Of a stretch of DNA of 64,000 nt, positions 30,323-38,762 are shown piece after piece. Made by a program: the position numbers and the translations under genes. This DNA comes from a virus, in IMG/VR virus record IMGVR_UViG_3300050014_000899. One strand, 5' to 3'. The notes below the pieces were generated by a model, which was not told the DNA's origin, searched no databases, and saw only the letters and a list, made by a program, of their open reading frames with translations. Within the stretch, counting starts at the first letter, position 1. The number at the start of each line of letters is the position of its first letter.

Positions 30323-30396
30323 GTTCCTTTAGCTCAGCTGGAAGTAGCGCCACCCCTACATGGTGGATGTCATAGGTTCGATCCCTATAAGGAACA
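30323..30396 (+). tRNA. tRNA-Val(TAC), C33 variant
   Basis: CCACC-CCTACAT-GGTGG. Confidence 0.85.
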
Positions 30397-30397
30397 C

Positions 30398-30537
30398 AAA
30401 CTGTAGTAAAACAGCGAGTTACTTCGTATTCCAAACGACTAGTCTAGGTGCAAATCCTGGGTCCCCTGCCAAAATTACTTAGGGGATTAGTGTAATAGAT
30501 AGCACAGTAAAAACACTCAAGTTAAATTTCTCAGTTT
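30398..30537 (+). ncRNA. Y-RNA-like RNA containing a circularly permuted tRNA-Trp
   Basis: Scaffold encloses the 3' half (TTCCAAA..T-arm..GTCCCCT-G-CCA) before the 5' half (AGGGGAT plus D-arm). Confidence 0.78.
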
Positions 30538-30539
30538 AC

Positions 30540-30641
30540 GGGAATGAAACTATTAGGGGGCGGAACCCTTTTATCCACAGTAGGAATAGTGATAAGGAAG
30601 CAGGCCGATCACCTGAGTGAGTTCGATTCTCACCATTTCCA
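30540..30641 (+). ncRNA. tRNA-like RNA (acceptor and T-arm, novel interior)
   Basis: GGGAATG/CATTTCC; GTGAG-TTCGATT-CTCAC. Confidence 0.55.
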
Positions 30642-30699
30642 CTAGTAGACCGTTATAATTTCATAGGACTCACATTGGAGAGTACAGCGTAGAAATTAA

Positions 30700-30773
30700 T
30701 GGGACACATGTTCCAAGGCAAGGCGAATGAGTTTTGCAAACTTGTTGGGAGGTTTCGATTACCTTTGTCTCCA
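30700..30773 (+). tRNA. atypical tRNA-Ala(TGC)
   Basis: G3-U70, loop TTTGCAA, U1/C72 mismatch, unusual D-arm. Confidence 0.7.
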
Positions 30774-30778
30774 CACAC

Positions 30779-30874
30779 TGCGGAAGAGTGAAACGGATAG
30801 AGATTTTAATTAATTTCGCTATCATCCAGGGCTCATAACCCTCGGGATATTGGGTTCGACTCCCATTTCCGCTA
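30779..30874 (+). tRNA. initiator-type tRNA-Met(CAT) with extended D-arm
   Basis: 1:72 mismatch, GGG/CCC anticodon stem, ~20 extra nt in the D-loop. Confidence 0.8.
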
Positions 30875-30880
30875 CTAAAA

Positions 30881-30984
30881 ACAAATGGCAGCACAACACC
30901 TAAAGGGACGCTTTTAAGGTAGTGGCCGAAGCATCGAAAATCAGAAATGACCTGCCGATGTAAAAAACGAATCCGGGCGTTTGT
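30881..30984 (+). ncRNA. unknown structured RNA
   Basis: ACAAATG/CGTTTGT closure, GCATCG/CGATGT helix, possible GGCAG/CTGCC pseudoknot. Confidence 0.45.
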
Positions 30985-30991
30985 TTTATAT

Positions 30992-31078
30992 GCCGTCGTG
31001 CCAGAGTGGCCAATCGGGGAGGGCTCATATCCCTTGGCTTTTATAGCCCCATAGGTTCGAATCCTATCGACGGTACCA
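30992..31078 (+). tRNA. class II (Leu-like body) tRNA with CAT anticodon
   Basis: GCCGTCG/CGACGGT-A-CCA, loop CTCATAT, variable arm GGCT-TTTAT-AGCC. Confidence 0.8.
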
Positions 31079-31094
31079 AATTTAATGTATAAAA

Positions 31095-31601
31095 ATGTAT
31101 TATACAATTTACAAAACTACGAATAAATTTAATGGCAAGTTTTATATCGGAAAGCATCAGACTCAGAAATTAAATGATAATTATTTAGGGTCTGGAAAAG
31201 CTTTGGAACTGGCTATTAAGAAATACGGTAAAGAGAATTTTCAAAAAAGAATTATTTTTGTTTTTGATAATGAAATTTTAATGAATCAAAAAGAAAAAGA
31301 AATTGTTACAGAGAATTTTATATCCAGCAATACAAATTATAATTGTGGGGTTGGGGGAGAAGGAGGAGCTCAATTCTTAAATAAATCTCACTCTGAAAAA
31401 ACTAAAAAATTGCTTGCTGAAAAAGCTAAATTAATAAAGCCCTCTAAAGAAACTAGAGATAAAATATCAGAGGGTAATAGAAAAAGAACATTATCTAAAG
31501 AAACAAGAAATAAACTCTCTCAAAAATCTTTCGAGAGATGGAAAAAATTGCGGGTTGGAGAAAATAGTCATCTCATTGGGCTCATAACCCAAGGTTGCTA
31601 G
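31095..31601 (+). CDS. GIY-YIG homing endonuclease (SegB-like)
   Basis: YTIYKTTN..FYIGKH, YLGSG, NUMOD3. Confidence 0.92.
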   Translation: MYYTIYKTTNKFNGKFYIGKHQTQKLNDNYLGSGKALELAIKKYGKENFQKRIIFVFDNEILMNQKEKEIVTENFISSNTNYNCGVGGEGGAQFLNKSHSEKTKKLLAEKAKLIKPSKETRDKISEGNRKRTLSKETRNKLSQKSFERWKKLRVGENSHLIGLITQGC

Positions 31602-31624
31602 GGCGGTACTAGTGCCCGCTACCA
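31549..31624 (+). tRNA. initiator-type tRNA-Met(CAT)
   Basis: TTGGG-CTCATAA-CCCAA, 1:72 mismatch, divergent T-loop, CCA. Confidence 0.8.
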
Positions 31625-31629
31625 ATTAA

Positions 31630-31741
31630 GCTGTAGTAACTGTAAGAATTACTTCGTTGAGTTCGATTCTCAATTTTCCCGCCAGATTTTAAAGGGAAAA
31701 TCGCCACAAAGGGTGGCATTATTCTTCTAATTTTTCTCAGC
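31630..31741 (+). ncRNA. Y-RNA-like (YrlA-like) RNA with T-arm, acceptor and D-like cargo
   Basis: GCTG-TAGTAA..TTACTTCG-TTGAG-TTCGATT-CTCAA-TTTTCCC..GGGAAAA..ATTTTTCT-CAGC. Confidence 0.75.
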
Positions 31742-31797
31742 GAAAATACATGCCGGATGACCCCCGTTGTATCACGGTGCCGGCTCCAATAAGGTCA

Positions 31798-31870
31798 GAT
31801 CTCGTAGCTCAGTTGGTAGAGCACATCCCTTTTAAGGATGGGGTCCTGGGTTCGAGCCCCAGCGGGATCA
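31798..31870 (+). tRNA. tRNA-Lys(TTT)
   Basis: Canonical cloverleaf, loop CTTTTAA. Confidence 0.95.
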
Positions 31871-31871
31871 C

Positions 31872-31977
31872 AATCGTAGTAATGGAAAGAGTTACTTCGT
31901 GCTAATGGTTAGCAAAATCCTGTTAAGATTACTTCGCGGTTCAATTCCGCCTGTTACCTCTTCCGATTTTCTCGATT
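31872..31977 (+). ncRNA. Y-RNA-like RNA carrying D, anticodon (GTT) and T arms
   Basis: AATCG-TAGTAA..TTACTTCG, D-arm, AATC-CTGTTAA-GATT, T-arm..GATTTTCT-CGATT. Confidence 0.72.
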
Positions 31978-31980
31978 ATG

Positions 31981-32054
31981 GGAGCTTAGCTCAGTTGGTT
32001 CAGAGCATCTGCCTTACAAGCAGAGGGTCGAGGGTTCGAATCCCCCAGTTCCCA
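31981..32054 (+). tRNA. tRNA-Val(TAC)
   Basis: Canonical, loop CTTACAA. Confidence 0.95.
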
Positions 32055-32143
32055 CATAACGTATAAAATAATATACGTTAACTAAGAAAAAGGGACTTAA
32101 TGTATAATATTTTATCCGTTATGACCCGATAATATCCGATAAT

Positions 32144-32216
32144 GGTCCGGTAGCTCAATGGATAGAGCACCTGCCTTCTAAGCAGGTGGTTGAGAGTTCG
32201 AGTCTCTCCCGGATCA
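32144..32216 (+). tRNA. tRNA-Arg(TCT)
   Basis: Canonical, loop CTTCTAA. Confidence 0.95.
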
Positions 32217-32223
32217 CTAATTT

Positions 32224-32298
32224 GGTCTCATAGTACAACGGATAGTGCGCGAGTTTCCTAAACTTGAAATCCGGGTTCGATTCCCAGTGAGATCACCA
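32224..32298 (+). tRNA. tRNA-Arg(CCT)
   Basis: Loop TTCCTAA, CCA end. Confidence 0.92.
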
Positions 32299-32579
32299 AA
32301 TAATTTATAAACATGACTCATACTCTTAAGCAAATTGTTAAGGGTAATACTGCTCGCTTTTCATATGCATGCGAAGGGAAGCTCTATTACACTATTGAAG
32401 TAGAAGAATCAGTATATCAAGTAGAATTGGACAGTACCGCCGATGAATGGAGGGCAACATATATGACCCCAACTTTTCCTGCCATCACTCTTATGAGATG
32501 GATCAGAAAAGGTATGGAAAATGAAAAATTTATTCAGATAAAGTAGACAACTTTAGGATATTTTTCGTATATTTGTCCC

Positions 32580-33011
32580 ATGGTAATTCACGAAATATTG
32601 AAGGAACATGGGATTTTTAGTAATGACATAAAAGTCAAAATTAAAAATGGCCAGATTAAATTAAATGGAGAAGTTGTTACGGATCCTTTAATGGATTTGG
32701 ATATTGAATTCGTGAAGAAGGAGGACCGGCCTACCAAAGAAACCCCTGCATTTGAAGATGCTGGAAATTTTCTTTTCAGAGCAATTAGTAAAGACAAAGA
32801 ATGTTTTGACTTATGTACAGCTATGGGGGTTGATGGATTGGGTATTCATCCAGAATTTTGGCCAGATTTGAATTTTACCAACAAACTAGTTGAAAAATTT
32901 AGAAAGGTTTATGTCTTAAAGATTTCTAAAAAAGAATGGATCATACTCCAGAAAAAAGAAGTTGAAATTGAAACGGAAGAATTTTTAATATTGAAGAAAA
33001 ATGATTGTTAA
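32580..33011 (+). CDS. hypothetical protein with N-terminal S4-like RNA-binding motif
   Basis: LKEHGIFS..IKNGQIKLNGEVVTDP. Confidence 0.55.
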   Translation: MVIHEILKEHGIFSNDIKVKIKNGQIKLNGEVVTDPLMDLDIEFVKKEDRPTKETPAFEDAGNFLFRAISKDKECFDLCTAMGVDGLGIHPEFWPDLNFTNKLVEKFRKVYVLKISKKEWIILQKKEVEIETEEFLILKKNDC

Positions 33012-33230
33012 AAAAAGAACTGATAAGATTGAAGTTGACCTGACAGGTCCGCATGGAAATGCTTATGCTCTTTTAGGATTAGCAAGTGATATTTGCAAGA
33101 ATTTAAATCGTCTTGCAGGAAAAGAATTATATGACTTCAAAGAAATTGAAAAAGATATGAAGAGTTCTGATTATGAACATCTTTTGGAAGTTTTGGAAGA
33201 ACACTTTGGTAACTTTATAATATTATACAG

Positions 33231-33638
33231 ATGAGATTTGCAAATGATCCAGCGGAGCCAACAACTCCCACGAACCCGAAATTATCTTCGATAGCTTATA
33301 CATTGTCAAAATTGACTGTATTGGAAGCTAAAGAATTAGCTGATATACTTGAAAACGATTTTGGTATCAAGAAAGCTAAAACAGAGTTTAAACCTGCAGG
33401 ATATGAACCTGTTCCTGAAGTGGAACAAACTGAATTCAATGTTTACCTCAAAGAAATTGGCAATCAAAAATTGCAGGTTATAAAAAAGGTCCATGAAGTA
33501 ATGGGATTGGGTCTTAAAGAAGCCAAAGCATTGGTTGATTCTACCCCCTGTCTTTTAAAAGAAAAGATTTTAAAAGCTGAAGTAACAACCATAAAAGCCG
33601 AATTGGAAAATGTCGGAGCAGTAGTGGAAGTGAGATGA
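33231..33638 (+). CDS. rplL: ribosomal protein L7/L12
   Basis: LTVLEAKELADILE, EQTEFNV, KLQVIK..GLGLKEAKALVD. Confidence 0.93.
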   Translation: MRFANDPAEPTTPTNPKLSSIAYTLSKLTVLEAKELADILENDFGIKKAKTEFKPAGYEPVPEVEQTEFNVYLKEIGNQKLQVIKKVHEVMGLGLKEAKALVDSTPCLLKEKILKAEVTTIKAELENVGAVVEVR

Positions 33639-34313
33639 AATTAAAGAACCTCATATTAGCATTAAAAGATCAAGGTCCGCTTAAAAGAGCTTTTCGAAAC
33701 TTCTTTATAACTGGAAATGCATGGGGTTTATTTTCCATAAACTCTCACATAAGGCAGGATACTCAAAAGCCAAAGGTGACTTATAATACTCAAGAAACAG
33801 CTGCTAAATCAGCTATCAGTTTGGGTAAGAAAAATGGGGTTCACTTTAGCTATTACAAATGTGCTTACTGTGATGGTTATCATATCGGTAAGAATAGAGA
33901 CAATAAAACAAATGAAAAATAGAGCAAAAGGTTTTTATTGGGTTCAATATGCAAATTTATCTTGGGTAGTTTGCGAATGGGATGGTGTCCAATGGCATCA
34001 CCAAGGGGCAAGTTATCCGGATGAAAGTTTTAAACAGATTCATGAGATAAGAATTGAGCCTCCAAAACCCAAAGATGTTAGAAATTCCGATGGTATATGG
34101 ACTCCAGAATGTTTAATTTTTTAAAATGAGAATAATAATCACAGCTGAAGAAGCAATCGATAAAGGAATCTGGGAAGATTTATGCGACATGGTCGGATAC
34201 AGTTATTATGCAGTTAACGAAGGTATGGACCCTGATACAGAAATTTCTTTAACAGAGGATCAAGCAAGACAGCTGGGAGTAATACCTGCAAAAAATAGTA
34301 TTTCCTGGGACTA

Positions 34314-34948
34314 ATGAAAGCATATCACACAATACAGAAATATACCGAGGATCACTATGGAAAGTTTGTATGGGCTTTCGATAAGGTAGATGGATCTAAT
34401 TTCAGGTAGAGTGGGATAGAAAACTTTCAAAGAAAAGCCAGTTTACATTTGGATTCAAAAAATTCGGGACAAGAACCGAAATGATAATGAACAACAGAAA
34501 TCCATTTATTGAAGCTGTTACTTTGTTTGAAATGGAATATGCTCCAAAATTTGACCAGATTTTTAAAGACGCAAAAGAGCTAAGAGGAGTTCCGATAATT
34601 ACCTTATTTGGAGAGTTTTATGGTCCAGGTAGCTTTGCAGGTATGCACGATTGGAACGCTACCCATAGTTTAACATTTTTCGATGCGGCAATATATAAGA
34701 AGGGATACCTTCCTCCATCAGATTTTCAAAATCTATTTGGAGAACTCCCCATACAAAAACTTATTTGGAAAGGAATTTTCAATGAGGAATTTGTAAAAAG
34801 AGTAGAAGCCAATGAATTCGGACTTTCCGAAGGAATAGTTTACAAGGGCGTTGAAGACGGAGATGTCTTTATGGGCAAAATCAAAACTCTTCAATGGCTC
34901 GAAAGTATAAGAAATAAGTACGGTATCAAAAAAATGCTAGAGTACTAA
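34314..34948 (+). pseudogene. Rnl2-like RNA ligase with a 1-nt frameshift near 34406
   Basis: Motif I DKVDGSNFR then TAG; the other frame continues with FGEFYG, FFD, EGIVYK and KIK motifs. Confidence 0.75.
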
Positions 34949-35135
34949 TGGAAGATTTCAAAAAGAAGCGAAAAGATCTTCGCGATCGAAAAAGAGAAGC
35001 AATGAACGAGGAATATAAATCCGCCAAAGAAAGAAAAGGGGTTGTTAACACATTTAAAAGAGAATCCAGATCCATTAAGAGATCTGAGAAAAATGAAATA
35101 AAGAAAGTTCTTCGGAACGATTTTGGAATTTAAAC

Positions 35136-35211
35136 GCGCCGGTATCACGCCTCGCTACGAACGAGGAGAAGTGTAATTGGACACATGAGGGTTCGAATCC
35201 CTTTCGGCGTT
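35136..35211 (+). tRNA. non-canonical tRNA-Arg(ACG) with D-loop relocated 3' of the anticodon arm
   Basis: 7-nt linker, CCTCG-CTACGAA-CGAGG, then AGAAGTGTAATTGGACACAT and a T-arm. Confidence 0.75.
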
Positions 35212-35215
35212 CTAA

Positions 35216-35375
35216 TGGGTAAAGTGTTATACGGTCTGAAGCCCGGGTTTGGGAAATGAATCATCAGAGTACCTCAGGTCTATAAAATAACACAAGAGGG
35301 GAATCTTTTCAGATGATCAATCCTTCAAAGACGCTGAATTTATCCAGGTGGGAAGGGTTCGCCCGATTCTCACCA
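35216..35375 (+). ncRNA. unknown structured RNA
   Basis: TGGGTAAA/TTTATCCA closure, GTGTTAT/ATAACAC pseudoknot, terminal hairpin ending in CCA. Confidence 0.5.
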
Positions 35376-35379
35376 AATT

Positions 35380-35451
35380 GCGGAGGTAGTATAACGGTTA
35401 GTATAGGGCCTTGCCAAGGCTCAGATGGGTTTTCGATTAACCTTCTCCGCA
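35380..35451 (+). tRNA. tRNA-Gly(GCC)
   Basis: GGGCC-TTGCCAA-GGCTC; GCGGAG acceptor. Confidence 0.88.
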
Positions 35452-35503
35452 CAAAGTAGCAAAATTGGTAGAGCGCATGTGAATATATATAGAAAATATT
35501 CGC

Positions 35504-36310
35504 ATGCTACCAAGAAATAAAAAAAATTGTGAAAAATGCAATAAAGAAATAAGTTTGTCTAATTTTAATTTGCATTATTCTTCATGTAAAGGAAATATAG
35601 AAGAAACAAAGATAAGAGTAAAAGAAGAATGGAAATTGGTCAACGGAAAATACAAATGTCCATATTGTAATAAAGAGTATTCGAAGAATGGAATTTCTAC
35701 ACATATTATAAGAAATCATACCGAAAAAGGAAAAGGGCAAAATCCCAATATTGGTTTTTTAAAGGAAACCCAAATTATTTGGAATAAGGGGTTATCAAAG
35801 GAAACAAATAAAAGTCTTGAAAATCTTTCAAAAACATTATTAAAAAAATATAAATCTGGAGAATTAAAATCCGGATTTAAAAATAAAAAACATAATAAAA
35901 TATCATGTGAAAAAATGTCTAAAAGTGCTATTCTAGCATTTCAAGAAGGAAGACATTCTGGATGGGTTTCAAGAAAAATACAAAGTTATCCTGAGATATA
36001 TTTTGAAAAGGTTTTAAAAAGCAAAAAGTTATTTGAAGAATGTATCCCTGAATATTTTATTAAACATAAAAACAATTCTAATTATTTTTTGGATTTTTAT
36101 TTTCCAAATAAAAGGATTAATTTAGAAATTGATGGCTCTCAACATGAATTGGAAGATCGAAAAATATCTGATAATCAAAGAGATAATTTTTTATCAGAAC
36201 AAAATATATTTGTTTTTAGAATAAAATGGAGAAACCCAAAATCATTAGATGGTAAAAAATATTTGGAGAATAAAATAAAAGAATTTATTGAATTATACAA
36301 GCGGAAGTAG
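35504..36310 (+). CDS. putative homing endonuclease (Zn finger plus DUF559/Vsr-like)
   Basis: CPYC..H..H, SYPE, YFLDF..LEIDGSQH..RD. Confidence 0.85.
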   Translation: MLPRNKKNCEKCNKEISLSNFNLHYSSCKGNIEETKIRVKEEWKLVNGKYKCPYCNKEYSKNGISTHIIRNHTEKGKGQNPNIGFLKETQIIWNKGLSKETNKSLENLSKTLLKKYKSGELKSGFKNKKHNKISCEKMSKSAILAFQEGRHSGWVSRKIQSYPEIYFEKVLKSKKLFEECIPEYFIKHKNNSNYFLDFYFPNKRINLEIDGSQHELEDRKISDNQRDNFLSEQNIFVFRIKWRNPKSLDGKKYLENKIKEFIELYKRK

Positions 36311-36373
36311 CTCAGTTGGTAGAGCACCGTCCTTCCACGTCGGGGGTCGCGAGTTCGAACCTCGTCTTCCGCT
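36301..36373 (+). tRNA. tRNA-Gly(TCC)
   Basis: GCGGAAG/CTTCCGC-T, loop CTTCCAC. Confidence 0.93.
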
Positions 36374-36380
36374 CAATTTT

Positions 36381-36452
36381 GCCTCTATGGTGTAATGGAT
36401 AACATGGGTGACTTCGGATCATCTGTTACGGGTTCGAATCCTGTTAGGGGCA
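36381..36452 (+). tRNA. tRNA-Arg(TCG)
   Basis: GGTGA-CTTCGGA-TCATC. Confidence 0.9.
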
Positions 36453-37464
36453 CAACTTTTTTAAACTAAAATAATGAATTATACAAATTATATTTTAAGC
36501 GGAAACTCTATCAATATCAATTCTCTCATCTCCAAAAAAAGATACTTAAAACCAATAACTATTACAATTGCTATTCCAGTAGCTATAGTAGGATTTCTAG
36601 CATTTTCGGGAATATTACCAGCAACCTATATAATAGATCGTGTTAAAGAAGGAGAAATTAAATATCTTAAAGTTATAAGAAAATATAAAAGAAACAAAGA
36701 GTTTCAAGCTTTTTTAGAAACCATTTCAGATGATAAAGAAGAAATGAAAAGAATCAAAAAAATGTATCATTAATCATGAAAAAATTATTCGATGGTCATT
36801 AGGTAAGAAAGTTACCTAAAATAAGACCATTATGAGAAGAAGACATTATTTGAAAACGACTCAAATACTTGAGCACACCACAAATCGTAGAGAATTTAAA
36901 ATTCTTACCACCGTTGATCAAGATCCATATCCTGAAGAGTATGGGTATTACCAAAAGCACAAATGGGGATTCAGAGGATGCAGAAAGTCCAGATTAATCT
37001 GGAAACATCAAGTAAGAATGTATCGTACTTGGAAGCATAATAGAAAAACCCAGTATAAATATAATAAAAACGATGGATATATCCACAATAACGAAGGAAC
37101 AATTTGATTTAGCTTATAATAAGTTTCAACCAAATGCTTGGGTCAAATTTGGATTTAAGTACTTTTCTAATAGTACTTTAAAAGAAAATTTCAAAATAAA
37201 GAAAACTGTAACTTGGATTCTCGGTGTTCTTTTTGGAATTGGTTTTTTAGCAACTGTAATTGGATTACCGCACAATGTAATTGCAGTTCCTGTTCTAATA
37301 TATTCAGGAATTATTGTTATTTTAGCTATTATTATGGGGGGATCCGCTCTAATGAATAATCTGAGAATTAAAAAAATTCAGAAAGAATTAGGAGTAAACA
37401 TTTGGCAATATGAAGCTTTAGTAAATATGTTTTATCCAACCCCTATCAACCCACTTCAAAATTA

Positions 37465-38052
37465 ATGAATAAATTGAGTCCTTTTCTTCAATACAAGGAC
37501 ATCCTTGAGAAATATTTGTCTCCTAAAACCATTTTTAAATTAAAGGAGGCTTGGAATGAACCCAGAAGAAGGTATCATAATGAAGATCACTTATATCAGA
37601 TTTTAAAAGATCTCGAAAAAAGTAAATCAAAAGTATCTTCAGTTCAATGGGAATCTTTAGTAATAGCCGCTTTCTTTCACGATGCTATTTATGTTCCGGG
37701 GAATTCCAATAACGAGGATCAGTCCATTAAAGTTTTCTTAGAGTCTTTTTTAGGAAAAAGATTTGATATGGTTAAAGCTATTAAAGAAATGATCAAAGCA
37801 ACTCAATTTAGAGTGGTTCCAGCGGATAAACTAGTTAAGATTTTTTGGGAAGCAGATAATGCAGGATTCCAGGGACCATTTGAAAGTTTTTTAGAAACCG
37901 AGAAGAAGATTAGATTAGAGTTTGGACATGTTTCTTTGCATACTTATAAGAAAGGAAGACTAAAGTTTCTCAATTCCTGTTTAGGATTAATGGGGCCAAA
38001 AGCAGACGAAAACGTCTCAAAACTAATCGAGTACATAGAAAAAAATTACTAA
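37465..38052 (+). CDS. HD-superfamily metal-dependent phosphohydrolase
   Basis: RRYHNEDH, AAFFHDAIY..NEDQS, EAD. Confidence 0.85.
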   Translation: MNKLSPFLQYKDILEKYLSPKTIFKLKEAWNEPRRRYHNEDHLYQILKDLEKSKSKVSSVQWESLVIAAFFHDAIYVPGNSNNEDQSIKVFLESFLGKRFDMVKAIKEMIKATQFRVVPADKLVKIFWEADNAGFQGPFESFLETEKKIRLEFGHVSLHTYKKGRLKFLNSCLGLMGPKADENVSKLIEYIEKNY

Positions 38053-38589
38053 TTTTAACGTTTTTTCTTCAAAAATATTTTTTTTCTAAGTAAAATAATT
38101 GTACATTTACTATGAAATTAAAAATAAGAGATATGAGAACCACAGGCGTTATCGAATTCGAAGGATTTAAATTCAAAAATACAGAATTTCAATTTAAGAA
38201 CAAGAAAGAGATGAACAGCTTTTTTAATGAGGTTCTTATTGATAGTCCTCAGAGATTCATTAATACTTTGGATCGTTGGAATTTGGAAAATATGCACATT
38301 GCGTTTTCACAATTTATGCTGATGAAAGTTATTGCTTTTTCAGGTCTTGGAATGGGATTAGTATCAATACTTGCAAAGCTTCCGTCAATTGTTGGAATTG
38401 GTTTCGTAGTAATGGCAGCAGTTAATTATATTGCAAGCAAAAAAGCCGAAAAAAGACTTGATAACATCAACTACAGCAGAGGAGATTATGAAATGATGGC
38501 TGAAGGACTTGATGAAGTTCGTGAAGATTTAATAAAAGAAAAAAATTCAAAGTAATACAAAACCTAAGCATTTTTACGTATATAAGATA

Positions 38590-38600
38590 GATATATAAAG
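38590..38600 (+). promoter_or_regulatory. putative phage (late-type) promoter for tRNA operon 2
   Basis: GATATATAAAG. Confidence 0.55.
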
Positions 38601-38621
38601 AAACAACAAAAAGTTAAAACA

Positions 38622-38699
38622 ATGAAAAGGCAGTCCATACATACGATTAGTATTACCTCATCACACGATAAGGGCGGCCTTTTTATGACTAGACTTTAG
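38622..38699 (+). CDS. attenuator leader peptide of tRNA operon 2 (MKRQSIHTISITSSHDKGGLFMTRL)
   Basis: Codons 5-15 are all Ser/Ile/His/Thr and match the operon; alternative 1:2, 2:3 and 3:4 pairings. Confidence 0.87.
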   Translation: MKRQSIHTISITSSHDKGGLFMTRL

Positions 38700-38724
38700 T
38701 ACTAAGATATTAAATGATTTATTC

Positions 38725-38757
38725 AAAGGAAGGCTCCAATCAGTCTTCCTTTTTTTT
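38725..38757 (+). terminator. attenuator terminator upstream of tRNA operon 2
   Basis: AAAGGAAGGCT-CCAATC-AGTCTTCCTTT followed by T-tract. Confidence 0.9.
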
Positions 38758-38762
38758 GTTTT

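Noticed and set aside
30881-30984. c-di-GMP-I riboswitch
   Set aside because: Only GGGACGC resembles it; the GCAAA and tetraloop/receptor features are missing and no regulated ORF follows.
27934-31107. ORF-track entries across tRNA operon 1 (e.g. 27934, 28405, 29845, 30095, 30207, 30670)
   Set aside because: They overlap tRNA or ncRNA genes and have no protein features, so they are spurious. The same applies to 38661 and 39577.
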